Shown: piece by piece, positions 1-9,227 of the stretch
Layout: every line of letters starts with the position of its first letter
Position numbering within the stretch: position 1 is the first letter of the stretch
Translations under genes and position numbers: made by a program
The notes under the pieces: generated by a model
Databases searched by the model: none
What the model saw: the letters and a program-made list of their open reading frames with translations, nothing else
Told to the model about the DNA's origin: nothing
Source of the DNA: an uncultured Caulobacterales bacterium
Lineage (GTDB): Bacteria > Pseudomonadota > Alphaproteobacteria > Caulobacterales > Maricaulaceae
Direction: 5' to 3'
NCBI GenBank assembly: GCA_937923115.1
Contig: CAKZTE010000085.1
Coordinates: 4,923 to 68,922, forward strand
DNA length: 64,000 nucleotides

Positions 1-242
1 TGAGGACCTCAATTTGCTTTTGCAATTCGAGGGCTTTTGCAATTTCGGCTTTAAGGTTTACGGCGGAAGAAAAACTGGACGTCATATTAATATCTCACTC
101 GGTCAGTATTAAATTATAGTACAGACATAACGGAATGATAGATTTAATAAAATAAGTTACAACTCAAGCGGATATTGCAACCGCTCGAATCATGCTGGAA
201 ACGTGAAAATCAATTTCTAGATGAAAGACATATTGCGTCAGT

Positions 243-974
243 TTAAAAGTCGATGAGCCCATCGCCTACGGCGCGTAAGGCGGCCGTGGTTCGGTCAGAC
301 GTCTGGGTCTTGAGGTAGACGCGGCGCAGATAGCCATTCACCGTATGATGCGAAATACCGACGATTTCAGCGATAACGGCATTACTTTTCCCGCGAGCGA
401 CCCACGTTAGAACTTCGCGTTCTCGTTCGGTAAGGACAACATTATTATCTGCATTGCTAGCCATAATTTTGCAAAATTGAAGATGGCATTGATTAGACGC
501 GAAATGCGCTTTGAATATGTTTTCGCGAGAGAATTGCGCTTCGCAATCCTTAAACCGCATCACCACACAGCCGTTGCGGCTATTGGGTCCATAAACAGGG
601 ACCACAATACCATTGGCAGGACAAGGCCGATAGAAGGCTTCGAGATGCTCTATTTGCTCTGGTGTCCACAGCAGTTTTTCAGCAACGTCGGACCAAAAAA
701 TTGGCTCGAGGAGCGGGTTAAAGTTAGACGTAAACGGGGTCGAGAATAATGTATGTTGGCGGCGATGTTCTTTAGCCAACGTCTCGTCAAAACCGGTAGC
801 CTCAAAATATTTGTCGGAAAAGTCAGCGGCGCCTGCGGGTGGCTTGTGATAATAGGATAAGGCATCAATCCCTAGCGGCTTCACAAAATCCATAAGTGCT
901 AGCCAGACCGCTTTATAGGCGGTGACATCGCCAATCTTTTCGGCAAATTCTTCTAGTGACACGCGAGGGTACAT
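243..974 (-). CDS. LuxR-family transcriptional regulator (autoinducer-binding-like domain + C-terminal HTH), apparent LuxR solo
   Basis: C-terminal LTEREREVLTWVARGKSN..IAEIVGIS..TVNGYLRRVYLK LuxR HTH; N-terminal PIFW and NGIVVPVYGP typical of the autoinducer-binding domain. Confidence 0.9.
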   Translation of the reverse strand: MYPRVSLEEFAEKIGDVTAYKAVWLALMDFVKPLGIDALSYYHKPPAGAADFSDKYFEATGFDETLAKEHRRQHTLFSTPFTSNFNPLLEPIFWSDVAEKLLWTPEQIEHLEAFYRPCPANGIVVPVYGPNSRNGCVVMRFKDCEAQFSRENIFKAHFASNQCHLQFCKIMASNADNNVVLTEREREVLTWVARGKSNAVIAEIVGISHHTVNGYLRRVYLKTQTSDRTTAALRAVGDGLIDF

Positions 975-1152
975 TTCAATCTCATAACAAACCGCGTGCC
1001 CCGCAGCAACACAACCATAACTAATTGCAAATGATTGGTAAACAGAAATTGTATTTTAAAAGGTATTCTGTGAAAAAAAAATGACCAATAAACCTCTAAT
1101 TTTACACGAAAAATATTAAAAACATGAAGCCTCAACTATGTGAGTTGAAAGG

Positions 1153-1755
1153 TCATCTATAGTCGGCGTTCTTGGATGCCATCAAAACACTTATGGCATA
1201 GGATTTGCGCGAATCCATATTCGCCATAATAAGCCCTGCTCGCTCCCCGCTCATCTCCCGTAGAAAACCCGCCGCAAACCCTGGGTCCATTGATTCGAAT
1301 ATGGCGGCGGCTTGCTTGGGCTTCATCGTTTGATACATTTTAACAAGGTGAATAATATCATCATTGGCAACAGATTTCATGATGCCTATTTGGGCCTCCA
1401 TTTTGCTATTGGCAGCCTCAATTAAGGTCATCTGTTCTGATAGCTTATCCTCTAGCGTCGTCAAAGCCTTCTCGCGCGCAGCCAAAGCCGCAAGCCGCTC
1501 TGTTAGCTGCGCTTTATCCTTTTGCAAAACCTCCAGCACAGCGCCCGTGAGGCATAAATCTGCGCCTTTACCTTCTTCCATCTGCGCGCCGGCCGTTTGG
1601 GCATCAGTCTTGGGGGCGTGTGCGCTCGCCGCAGCGCTAGCGGGGTCAGGGCCATCTTTTTTTGTCGGCAGCACTTCGGAGGACACAGATATGGCCCTTG
1701 CAATTAACAGCGCGCAAAAAGCGACACCGATTAATGGCAATATGCGCGGCTTCAT
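1153..1755 (-). CDS. motE: MotE-family periplasmic motility protein
   Basis: Signal/TM segment, coiled coil, then LVKMYQTMKPKQAAAIFESMD...AAGFLREM...AGLIMANMD motif; follows fliL and a coiled-coil gene. Confidence 0.75.
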   Translation of the reverse strand: MKPRILPLIGVAFCALLIARAISVSSEVLPTKKDGPDPASAAASAHAPKTDAQTAGAQMEEGKGADLCLTGAVLEVLQKDKAQLTERLAALAAREKALTTLEDKLSEQMTLIEAANSKMEAQIGIMKSVANDDIIHLVKMYQTMKPKQAAAIFESMDPGFAAGFLREMSGERAGLIMANMDSRKSYAISVLMASKNADYR

Positions 1756-2627
1756 GCGTTAACCGCTTTCGCTGTACTTAGAAAAGTAAGGTTGGACGCA
1801 AAGGTCATCCCGATAGGGGATGGTCCGTCAGGTCGGGCCGCAGCCTCTTGAACTATGGCCTCGGCTGATTCTTGAATTGGAGCGAGAACTGGAAAAGCCT
1901 CAACATCGGCCGCAAGATCTGCATCATCCCGATTGCGCTCCACGAGTACGGGGCGCGTGGGCGGGGCAGCTTTTTGTTGCGCAGCATGTTTCTCGCGCGT
2001 CAATCTATCTTGCTCTATTTTCTCTTGCTTTAAATCGGCTTGCTTTAAAGCCTCTTGCTTAATTTTCTCTTGCTTGAGTTTCTCTTGCCGAAGCCTTTCA
2101 AGCTTGAGGCCTTCCTGCTTCAGGCTTTCTTGCGCGAGGCGTTGAAGCTTAATGCTTTGCAGCTTGAGGCTTTTTTCATGCGCGCTCTGCTGCTCCTGAA
2201 CGGCCTCGACGATTTGAAGCAATCCTGACGCCGTGATTCGTCCACGCTGCGCTGCCGTTTCCAGTTCAGGTGTTATCGTGTCTTTTAGCTCTGCTTTTAT
2301 TTTGCGCGCCGCCTTAAGCTGGCTATCGAGCTGAGAAATAGACGCTTCGATATTGGGCGCCATGCTCTCGCATTTTTGCAAAAGAAACCGTAGCGTCTCG
2401 ACTGTTTCGTGGGTCGCGCTTTGGGCTTCACGCGCGGCGTCATGAGTCTTGCCAATAGCGTCTGTCAGCGAGACAATTGACGCGCCAACGCCGCTATCAA
2501 GGCCATTAAGCGCTTTCAGTCTTTTACTAAGCAATGCGCAATAAAAACAGGCGGAGGCGGAAATCAAAATAAGAATCACGTCCAAAACCCAGCTGCTGAG
2601 AAAAGAAATATTACCAAGGTCAATCAT
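1752..2627 (-). CDS. Membrane-anchored coiled-coil flagellar accessory protein (DUF6468-like) with pentapeptide-repeat insert
   Basis: N-terminal TM DVILILISASACFYCALLSKRLKAL..LDSGVGASI..L; translationally coupled between fliL and motE. Confidence 0.65.
   Translation of the reverse strand: MIDLGNISFLSSWVLDVILILISASACFYCALLSKRLKALNGLDSGVGASIVSLTDAIGKTHDAAREAQSATHETVETLRFLLQKCESMAPNIEASISQLDSQLKAARKIKAELKDTITPELETAAQRGRITASGLLQIVEAVQEQQSAHEKSLKLQSIKLQRLAQESLKQEGLKLERLRQEKLKQEKIKQEALKQADLKQEKIEQDRLTREKHAAQQKAAPPTRPVLVERNRDDADLAADVEAFPVLAPIQESAEAIVQEAAARPDGPSPIGMTFASNLTFLSTAKAVNA
1989..2168 (-). repeat. Twelve degenerate 15-bp / 5-aa repeats (L/I)KQE(K)
   Basis: LKLQS IKLQR LAQES LKQEG LKLER LRQEK LKQEK IKQEA LKQAD LKQEK IEQDR LTREK. 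Confidence 0.85.
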
Positions 2628-3154
2628 TACTGCACCAAAAAATCAGTTATAAGAATTCCAAACACCGCGTCCGTTCCAAGGATGAGGCGCGCGCGCCGCA
2701 CCAGCTGTGCGCGCATCTGCGCCATATAGGCCGCGTCGCGAATCTGCTCAGGCTTTAAAGCCCGTAAATAACCCGTGAACGCATCGCGCAATTGCGGATC
2801 ATTAGGGTCAATATCATAGGCCGCCTCCTCGCTGACCTCTAAGGTGATACCAATTTTCAGCAGGCTATTGCCGCCGTCCAGTGATATCGTAAAAGGATTT
2901 AGCGCCACAAATTCGGGGTCGACTTTAAGATCCAATGGCTCAGCCGCGGGCGTATGCGCCTGCGCAGCGCTATGCTCTGCTGGCGCGCTATCGACGCGCG
3001 ACGGCAGAAACCAAACTGTACCAAATGAGCCTGCCCCTAAAACGGCCATGAGAGCGATTTGCCCAACAAGCCCGCCACCTTTTTTGGGCGAAGCCTCCTC
3101 GCCGTCAGCCGCAGGTTTGGGGGCGCCTTTTTTCTTCTTCTCTTTTTTTGCCAT
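2627..3154 (-). CDS. fliL: Flagellar basal body-associated protein FliL (copy 1)
   Basis: Basic N-terminus, TM helix, FVALNPFTISL..PQLRDAF..ILITDFLVQ FliL fold; start moved from 3214 to MAKK ATG at 3154. Confidence 0.88.
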   Translation of the reverse strand: MAKKEKKKKGAPKPAADGEEASPKKGGGLVGQIALMAVLGAGSFGTVWFLPSRVDSAPAEHSAAQAHTPAAEPLDLKVDPEFVALNPFTISLDGGNSLLKIGITLEVSEEAAYDIDPNDPQLRDAFTGYLRALKPEQIRDAAYMAQMRAQLVRRARLILGTDAVFGILITDFLVQ

Positions 3155-3212
3155 AATTAATGCCGCCATATTCCATGCGTTAGCTCTGTAGTTCCAAAGC
3201 GGAGAATTAACC

Positions 3213-3227
3213 ACACTATTTTAGTGT
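3213..3227. promoter_or_regulatory. Palindromic operator-like site ACACTA-TTT-TAGTGT
   Basis: Perfect 6-3-6 inverted repeat in the fliL/fliF divergent intergenic region; same motif at 3288 and 21673. Confidence 0.65.
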
Positions 3228-3248
3228 TTTTTCTTTTACGCATCATAT

Positions 3249-3265
3249 GGTGAACGCTTTGTTAA
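3249..3265 (-). promoter_or_regulatory. CtrA-type box
   Basis: Minus strand TTAA-CAAAGCG-TTCACC versus consensus TTAA-N7-TTAAC, between divergent fliL and fliF. Confidence 0.6.
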
Positions 3266-3287
3266 TCGTTAGAGCCTATTTAATAGA

Positions 3288-3302
3288 ACACTAATGTAGT
3301 GT
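3288..3302. promoter_or_regulatory. Palindromic operator-like site ACACTA-ATG-TAGTGT
   Basis: Second perfect copy, 27 nt upstream of the fliF ATG. Confidence 0.65.
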
Positions 3303-3329
3303 AGGATTCACTCTAATAATGGTCTCAAA

Positions 3330-4967
3330 ATGAGTATAGTAAATGTGTGGCGCGCCCTGTCTCCGCAAAAGCAAATTGCGTCAGCCCTTAGCGTTCTGGC
3401 CACGATTGGCGCGCTGTTTCTTCTAACATCGGCGGCGTTAACGCCCGAAACCGATTTGCTGTATTCAGGTCTTGAACCCGCTGCGGCAGGCGAAGTGATT
3501 GCGCGTCTAGAAGCCTTAGACGTTATATATGAAGTCAAGGGCAATGCGATTTACGCAGATAAATCTCGCCGTGATAGCTTGCGGCTCGAGCTTGCCCGCG
3601 ACGGCCTGCCGCGCCAAAGCGTCGTGGGCTATGAGCTGTTTGATAATCTCAACAGTTTCGCCATGACATCTGATATGTTTGACACGGCCTATTGGCGCGC
3701 CAAAGAAGGCGAACTGGCCCGCACACTTGTCGCCATGCCCAATGTACGTACCGCGCGCGTTCACTTAGGCACACAAAAAGCCACAGGCTTTACTCAAGGC
3801 GCGGCGGCGCGCTCCGGTTCTGTGACCATTGCTTCCTCTGGCGGCATTAGTCCGCAACAGGCCAAAGCGATACAATATCTTACGGCGCTCTCTGTCTCTG
3901 GGCTGAACCCATCAGATGTTGCCGTAATCGACACAGTGGGCGGGGTTATTGCCGGTCCCGGCATTGACGATAGCGCGATGAAAGGCGGCATGGGCGAAAT
4001 TGAGCAAGCCGCGCAAATTAAAGCAGACCTTGTCTCTATGCTTGAAGCCCGCGTTGGGCGCGGAAATGCACGCGTCAGTGTTTCGCTTGATTTTGAGCGC
4101 GAGCATTCTACCACAGCCGAACGCCGATTTGATCCAGATGGCCGCGTTGTAAAATCCCAGACCACGAATGAGGTTAGCGATAGCGCAACAGGTACAAATA
4201 ATTCTGTCACCGTCGCCAGCAATTTGCCAGAGGGCGAGGCTGGCGGAAATGAAAGTAATGCCGAGCGCGCGGAAACGTCGGAAACGGTCAGCTATGAAAT
4301 CTCTGAAATTGTAAAGAACACAGAAATATTACCCGGCGGCGTAAAGCGTATGACCGTAGCGGTCTTACTCAACGATATTATCACGCGCGCAGAGGACGGG
4401 ACCATCACGCGCAGCGAGCGCAGCGCCGAGGAACTAACCTCACTTGAAGCCCTCGTCGCGTCCGCCGCAGGGCTGGATGAAGAGCGGGGAGATAGCCTCA
4501 CCATTCGCAGCCTCGCCTATGAAGTGCCGCCGCTTATTGACGGCGTGGAGGCCCCCAGCCTGTTTGCGCAATTCTTAGAACAATATCTCTGGAGCACCGT
4601 AAAAGCTTTGATCTTGGCCTTTGTGGTTCTCATTCTTGCGCTCTTTGTCGTGCGCCCGCTACTCTCTCAAAAACCGTCGCAAGAGGGCGGCGAGCTCATG
4701 CCGCTCTCTCTTTCTGGGGGCGGTGGTCTAGAGGGTTTTGGCGAGGCTCAAAATGCTCTGGGCCAAGACAGCCCACAAAATTTAGGACAAGACTCAGCCC
4801 CTCTTGGATTACCCTTCGTGGGCGAGATGCAGACCGTCGCCAACCTCGGCGCGCCCGAAGATCCGATTGATTTACTCAAAGCAAGCGTAACAGATCAAAC
4901 CCAAGCTGCGGCTGACCTTTTGGCGCAATGGCTAGAGCAAGATGACCGGGTCGCTGAAAATGGATAG
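3330..4967 (+). CDS. fliF: Flagellar M-ring protein FliF
   Basis: Two TM helices; LYSGL, GYELFD, YWRAKEGELARTL, ARVHL, VASNLP motifs. Confidence 0.96.
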   Translation: MSIVNVWRALSPQKQIASALSVLATIGALFLLTSAALTPETDLLYSGLEPAAAGEVIARLEALDVIYEVKGNAIYADKSRRDSLRLELARDGLPRQSVVGYELFDNLNSFAMTSDMFDTAYWRAKEGELARTLVAMPNVRTARVHLGTQKATGFTQGAAARSGSVTIASSGGISPQQAKAIQYLTALSVSGLNPSDVAVIDTVGGVIAGPGIDDSAMKGGMGEIEQAAQIKADLVSMLEARVGRGNARVSVSLDFEREHSTTAERRFDPDGRVVKSQTTNEVSDSATGTNNSVTVASNLPEGEAGGNESNAERAETSETVSYEISEIVKNTEILPGGVKRMTVAVLLNDIITRAEDGTITRSERSAEELTSLEALVASAAGLDEERGDSLTIRSLAYEVPPLIDGVEAPSLFAQFLEQYLWSTVKALILAFVVLILALFVVRPLLSQKPSQEGGELMPLSLSGGGGLEGFGEAQNALGQDSPQNLGQDSAPLGLPFVGEMQTVANLGAPEDPIDLLKASVTDQTQAAADLLAQWLEQDDRVAENG

Positions 4968-5694
4968 CACCGTCATACAATCTCTGCGGCGCTTTGATGA
5001 TGCCTCCCAAGACAGGCGCCGCACAGAAGGGCAGCCCATTCTTGACGGCGCTAACATTATTAATGTCGGCTGCGAACGCTTTCACAGCTTACCAGAGCCC
5101 CCTATGAGCGCCTCCATGGCCGCCCCGCCCGACCCGTATGAGCAGGGACTTGCAGAAGGCGAGCGCCGCGCGGCCCATCTTCACGCCAGCACAATAAGTG
5201 CAATGGAGCAAAGCTTGTCTGTTTTACAAACGCACTTTAGTCAAAGCCTGACCCAAATCAGACAAGACCAAGCGCAAGTCTTGATGGACGTCTTAGAGGC
5301 TGCCTTGCCTGCATTAGTGCGGCAAAGCTTTTTCAAAGATGCGCGTAACATGATTGAAGCCCTAGAGAGCTCAAAGCGCGACGCTGCAATTACTGTGCAC
5401 TGCGCCCCTGAAGACAAAGAGCCGCTCAGCCAGCTTTTCCAAAGCAGTTCTAACCCTGATCAATTCCAATTTGGCGAGACATCATTGCCGGCAAATGACA
5501 TGCGCTTTGAATGGGCGGACGGCGGCGCAGACATTGATTACCGCCGCGCGGCTGCGGCAGCTATGCGCAGCCTCATCTCACAATATGATTCCCAGATCGA
5601 CATAACGCCACCCATAGATTCCCAGACCCGCGACGTACAGATTGGCGACACGCCCCCCTTAACTGAAACAGAGAGCCACAATTATGAGCATTGA
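4960..5694 (+). CDS. fliH: FliH-like flagellar assembly protein (divergent)
   Basis: YEQGLAEG motif, C-terminal FEWADGGADID; position between fliF and fliN; start at MDST overlapping the fliF stop. Confidence 0.65.
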   Translation: MDSTVIQSLRRFDDASQDRRRTEGQPILDGANIINVGCERFHSLPEPPMSASMAAPPDPYEQGLAEGERRAAHLHASTISAMEQSLSVLQTHFSQSLTQIRQDQAQVLMDVLEAALPALVRQSFFKDARNMIEALESSKRDAAITVHCAPEDKEPLSQLFQSSSNPDQFQFGETSLPANDMRFEWADGGADIDYRRAAAAAMRSLISQYDSQIDITPPIDSQTRDVQIGDTPPLTETESHNYEH

Positions 5695-6067
5695 TGATCT
5701 AAACCCGCCCGTCATGACCGCCGCAGAAAGCCCGCAAGCCGGCACACCCCAATCAGAAATGGAAGCCCCGCAAAGTGAGCGCCGTCATGAAGGTGAACGC
5801 GCCCAATATAAACGCTCTATCTATGCCCTTCCAATTTCTATGCAGGTCGTTATCGGCTCTGCGCGTCCAACGATTTCGGACCTTTTGCAAATGAAGGACG
5901 GCACGCTTCTAACGCTCAGCAGTAAAATAGATGACCCTGTTGATCTGTGTATTAATGACCGCATTATTGCGCGCGGCGAACTGGTGGAAACAGATCCCGC
6001 CACAGGCGCGATTGGCGTTCGCCTGACCGAAATTGTGGACATCTCCGAAGATATTTTAGGCGCATGA
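5684..6067 (+). CDS. fliN: Flagellar motor switch protein FliN
   Basis: SpoA domain: LPISMQVVIG..DLL..DPVDL.INDRIIARGELV...GVRLTEI. Confidence 0.92.
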   Translation: MSIDDLNPPVMTAAESPQAGTPQSEMEAPQSERRHEGERAQYKRSIYALPISMQVVIGSARPTISDLLQMKDGTLLTLSSKIDDPVDLCINDRIIARGELVETDPATGAIGVRLTEIVDISEDILGA

Positions 6068-6903
6068 TGTCTGCCTTAGGCATATCTCGCGCGAGGCCGT
6101 CCTCGGGCGGCGCGCGCTTTGTGCCTTCTGCGGGCCGGATCCTATCGCTTATCGCCGCGGCTGTCTTGACGAGCGCGCTATTGATGTGGCCCGCGCTCGC
6201 CGCCGCGCAAGACAGTGCCGGCGCGCTAGGCGGGCTAAGAGATATCGTCGGAAATGACGACGCGCCCGCCTTTAATGCGCGTATTTTGCAGCTCTTTTTC
6301 CTTGTCACCGTTTTAAGCCTTGCGCCTGCAATCGCGATGATGATTACCTGTCTGCCGTTTATGATTATCGTCTTTTCCTTTCTGCGTCAGGCGATGGGCT
6401 TGCAGCAATCCCCGCCCAATATGATGATTATGGGCCTTGCGCTTTTTCTAACCTTTTTCGTAATGGAGCCGGTCTTCACCCAGTCATGGGATGAAGGTCT
6501 TGCGCCCTATATGAATAATGAAATCACCGAAGATTTAGCGATTGAGAGAACGCTGAGACCGTTTCGTGCCTTTATGGAAACGCGCATTGAACCCGGCACA
6601 GTCGAGCGGCTTGCGGCCACAATGCCAGAACGCGACTTTGGCACAGACGATGAGGTTTCCTTCCCCTTGCTTGTAACCGCATTCATGCTCTCGGAAATCA
6701 AACATGCCTTTCAAATCGGCTTTGTTATCTTTCTGCCTTTCTTGATGATCGACCTTATCGTCGCCTCCATCTTGATGGCCATGGGGATGATGATGGTGCC
6801 GCCCGCCGTGGTGTCGCTTCCGTTTAAGCTCGCATTCTTTGTGATGGCGGATGGCTGGTTAAAAATTACAGAAGCGCTCCTGCGCGGATATGGAATGAGT
6901 TAA
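6064..6903 (+). CDS. fliP: Flagellar export protein FliP
   Basis: LSLAPAI, LRQAMGLQQSPPN, AFMLSEIKHAFQIGF, GMMMVPPAVVSLPFKL..F...DGW. Confidence 0.97.
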   Translation: MMSALGISRARPSSGGARFVPSAGRILSLIAAAVLTSALLMWPALAAAQDSAGALGGLRDIVGNDDAPAFNARILQLFFLVTVLSLAPAIAMMITCLPFMIIVFSFLRQAMGLQQSPPNMMIMGLALFLTFFVMEPVFTQSWDEGLAPYMNNEITEDLAIERTLRPFRAFMETRIEPGTVERLAATMPERDFGTDDEVSFPLLVTAFMLSEIKHAFQIGFVIFLPFLMIDLIVASILMAMGMMMVPPAVVSLPFKLAFFVMADGWLKITEALLRGYGMS

Positions 6904-8003
6904 TGTTAAGTCCCCTACCCTCTCCCCTATCCTCGCCGCCTACCACTATTGAAAGCGGCGGCATTATCGCTGGCCAGGGTACGCCGCCCTTGAACGGCCC
7001 CGAAAAAGCAGCCGTCATCATTGGACTGCTCGGCCCTGATTATGCTGGCCCCATAGTAGATAAAATAGAAGACCACCATTTGCGGCGCTTTATGACAGCG
7101 TTAAATAACCTCAAAGATATTCCGCGGGACATCATGCTAGGCGCGGTTGCAGAATTCATAACTGAGCTGAGCCAAAGAAAAGGCGGATTTAAAGGCGGAC
7201 CCAAAGCGGTTGAACATCTCATTGAGACGTTGTTTGACGAAAGCCGTGTGGCAGATTTACTGGGCGACCCGCCCAAACCCAAAGTGTCCGTCCTAAAAGA
7301 TACAAGCGATATATGGGCCGCCTTGGTTAAGTCCAAACAAGCCGACGTCACAACCTTTTTATCCGCGCAGCCGCCAGAGGTTGTCAGCCTCATCTTATCG
7401 CAATTAACACCGATTGAGAGCGGCGAAATCTTAGGCGAGCTTGATGAGCAGATGTCGATTTCCTGCGTACGATTAATGTCGCGCGGCCTTACCCCCGATG
7501 AGCGCACATTAGGCGCCATCGCAGAATTTGTACGGCTTGAATTTCTCGAAGCCGAAACAAACGATACCTCCAAAGAGGCGGCTCTGTTTGTAAGCGATAT
7601 TCTTGGCGTTCTTCCGCGTGAGCGGCGCGATGCCATGCTGGATATTCTCACGCAGAGCGATCCAGAAAAAGCAGCCCTTATCAAAAGTGCTATGCTGACC
7701 TTTGAAGATTTGACGCAGCGTCTGCCCGTCAGCGCCATCCCAATTATCTTTAAGGATATGGATGACACTAAGCTATGCGAAGCCCTCAAAGCGGGCGGCG
7801 CGCAATCGGCTGAAACGATTGACTTTCTCTATGCCAATATCTCGCAGCGAATGGCGGGACAGGTGAAAGAAAAAGTCGAGGCCCTGCCAGAGCTGAGCCC
7901 GAAACAGGCAGACAAGGCGGTCACAGGATTAATGGTGTTTATCGGGCAGCTTGAGAAAAGCGGACGTATCACATTAATCAAGCCGGTCCCCAAAGACGAT
8001 TAG
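6903..8003 (+). CDS. fliG: Flagellar motor switch protein FliG
   Basis: LNGPEKAAVII..LG, GG linker, MLTFEDL, ANISQRMA motifs. Confidence 0.93.
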   Translation: MLSPLPSPLSSPPTTIESGGIIAGQGTPPLNGPEKAAVIIGLLGPDYAGPIVDKIEDHHLRRFMTALNNLKDIPRDIMLGAVAEFITELSQRKGGFKGGPKAVEHLIETLFDESRVADLLGDPPKPKVSVLKDTSDIWAALVKSKQADVTTFLSAQPPEVVSLILSQLTPIESGEILGELDEQMSISCVRLMSRGLTPDERTLGAIAEFVRLEFLEAETNDTSKEAALFVSDILGVLPRERRDAMLDILTQSDPEKAALIKSAMLTFEDLTQRLPVSAIPIIFKDMDDTKLCEALKAGGAQSAETIDFLYANISQRMAGQVKEKVEALPELSPKQADKAVTGLMVFIGQLEKSGRITLIKPVPKDD

Positions 8004-8043
8004 GGCCGCGCTTGAAGAGAATCAAGAACGCTGCCTAATAGGA

Positions 8044-8069
8044 TTAAGGTCAGTCTAAACCGCCCTTAA
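8044..8069. promoter_or_regulatory. Two overlapping CtrA-like boxes between convergent genes
   Basis: TTAA-GGTCAGT-CTAA-ACCGCCC-TTAA. Confidence 0.3.
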
Positions 8070-8102
8070 TACCGCACCACAATATCCGCTGCGATAAGCG
8101 CT

Positions 8103-9224
8103 CTATTGCAAGACAAGCTCGGCGTGAAGCGCGCCTGCGGTTTTCATTGTCTTCAGAATGTCAATCATTTCGCGCGGCGAGACGCCAAGCGCGTTCAGAC
8201 CACCGACCAAATCTGTCAAGCTGACATTTTGCTCTATGATAGCGATATTGCCGGGCTCGCCGTCGCGCACATCAATTGTCGTGCGCGGCAAAACGATTGT
8301 CTCTCCGCGCGAGAATGGATTGGGCTGGGAGGGGACAGGAGTTTCGGAAATTGTAATCGAAAGATTGCCCTGCGCAATTGCGACAGACGACACTTTCACA
8401 TTATTACCCAAAACAATCGTCCCAGAGCGTTGATCGATAACAACCCGCGCTTTTTGGGCTGGCGTTAGTTCATAATTTTCAATCCGGCTGATAAGGCGGG
8501 CAGGCGACTGGGTGAGTGACTTCAAGCTCAGCTCAACCGTGCCGGCATCCAGAAGCGTCGCAATCGCACTGCCAAATTTCTCATTAATAACCCGCTCGAC
8601 GCGTTCAGCCGTGGTAAAATCTGGCGCGCGAAGGGCCAACCGAATACGCGACATCGTCCCAAAATCAAACGAGATTTCCCGCTCAACTCTTGCCCCGTTT
8701 GGAATCGTGCCCGACGTGGGAACCCCTTCTGTAATGCTTGCGCCCTCGCCCTCAGCTTTAAATCCACTGACCAGTACATTGCCTTGCCCGACCGCGTAGA
8801 CTTCGCCGTCCGCTGCATTAAGCGGTGTCATAATAAGCGTGCCGCCCGCGAGGCTCTTGGCGTCACCAATGGAGGAAACATTGATGTCGATCCGAGAGCC
8901 CGCGCGCGCGAAGGGCGGCAAAGAGGATGTCACGATAACGGCGGCCACATTATTAGGTTTGAAATTGCTGCCTTGAATATTGACGCCAAGGCGCTCGAGT
9001 AAATTTGACAGCGCTTCTTCGGTATAGGGCGAGTTGCGAATGCTATCCCCTGTCCCGTCAAGGCCAATCACGAGGCCGTAGCCAACAAGGTCATTGCCCC
9101 GCACGCCTTCAATATCGACAATGTCTTTGACCTTTACCGTGGCCTGGGCTGTCAGGGGCGCAGAAAAAAGACTGATTAAAAGACAGGCCGCGATGAGGCG
9201 AAAGACGTTAAGAGCTCGGGTCAT
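8103..9224 (-). CDS. flgI: Flagellar P-ring protein FlgI
   Basis: VKDIVDIEGVRGNDLVGYGLVIGLDGTGD; GDAKSLAGGTL; AGALHAELV. Confidence 0.97.
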   Translation of the reverse strand: MTRALNVFRLIAACLLISLFSAPLTAQATVKVKDIVDIEGVRGNDLVGYGLVIGLDGTGDSIRNSPYTEEALSNLLERLGVNIQGSNFKPNNVAAVIVTSSLPPFARAGSRIDINVSSIGDAKSLAGGTLIMTPLNAADGEVYAVGQGNVLVSGFKAEGEGASITEGVPTSGTIPNGARVEREISFDFGTMSRIRLALRAPDFTTAERVERVINEKFGSAIATLLDAGTVELSLKSLTQSPARLISRIENYELTPAQKARVVIDQRSGTIVLGNNVKVSSVAIAQGNLSITISETPVPSQPNPFSRGETIVLPRTTIDVRDGEPGNIAIIEQNVSLTDLVGGLNALGVSPREMIDILKTMKTAGALHAELVLQ

Positions 9225-9227
9225 AAT

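Noticed and set aside
16-44. Direct repeat GCTTTTGCAATT x2 at the window start
   Set aside because: Context is cut off by the window edge; no function can be supported
953-1135. 60-aa ORF upstream of luxR
   Set aside because: AT-rich promoter region, overlaps the luxR start, no coding signal
7766-7771. Isolated ACACTA hexamers inside coding regions (also ~10972, 14752, 33388, 36260)
   Set aside because: No matching second half; expected by chance, which is why half-sites alone were given low weight
7040-7789. 249-aa antisense ORF over fliG (likewise 56634-57146, 59740-60324, 62119-62577 and many other shadow ORFs)
   Set aside because: Fully overlap well-supported genes on the other strand; Ser/Arg-rich composition typical of antisense frames; no motifs
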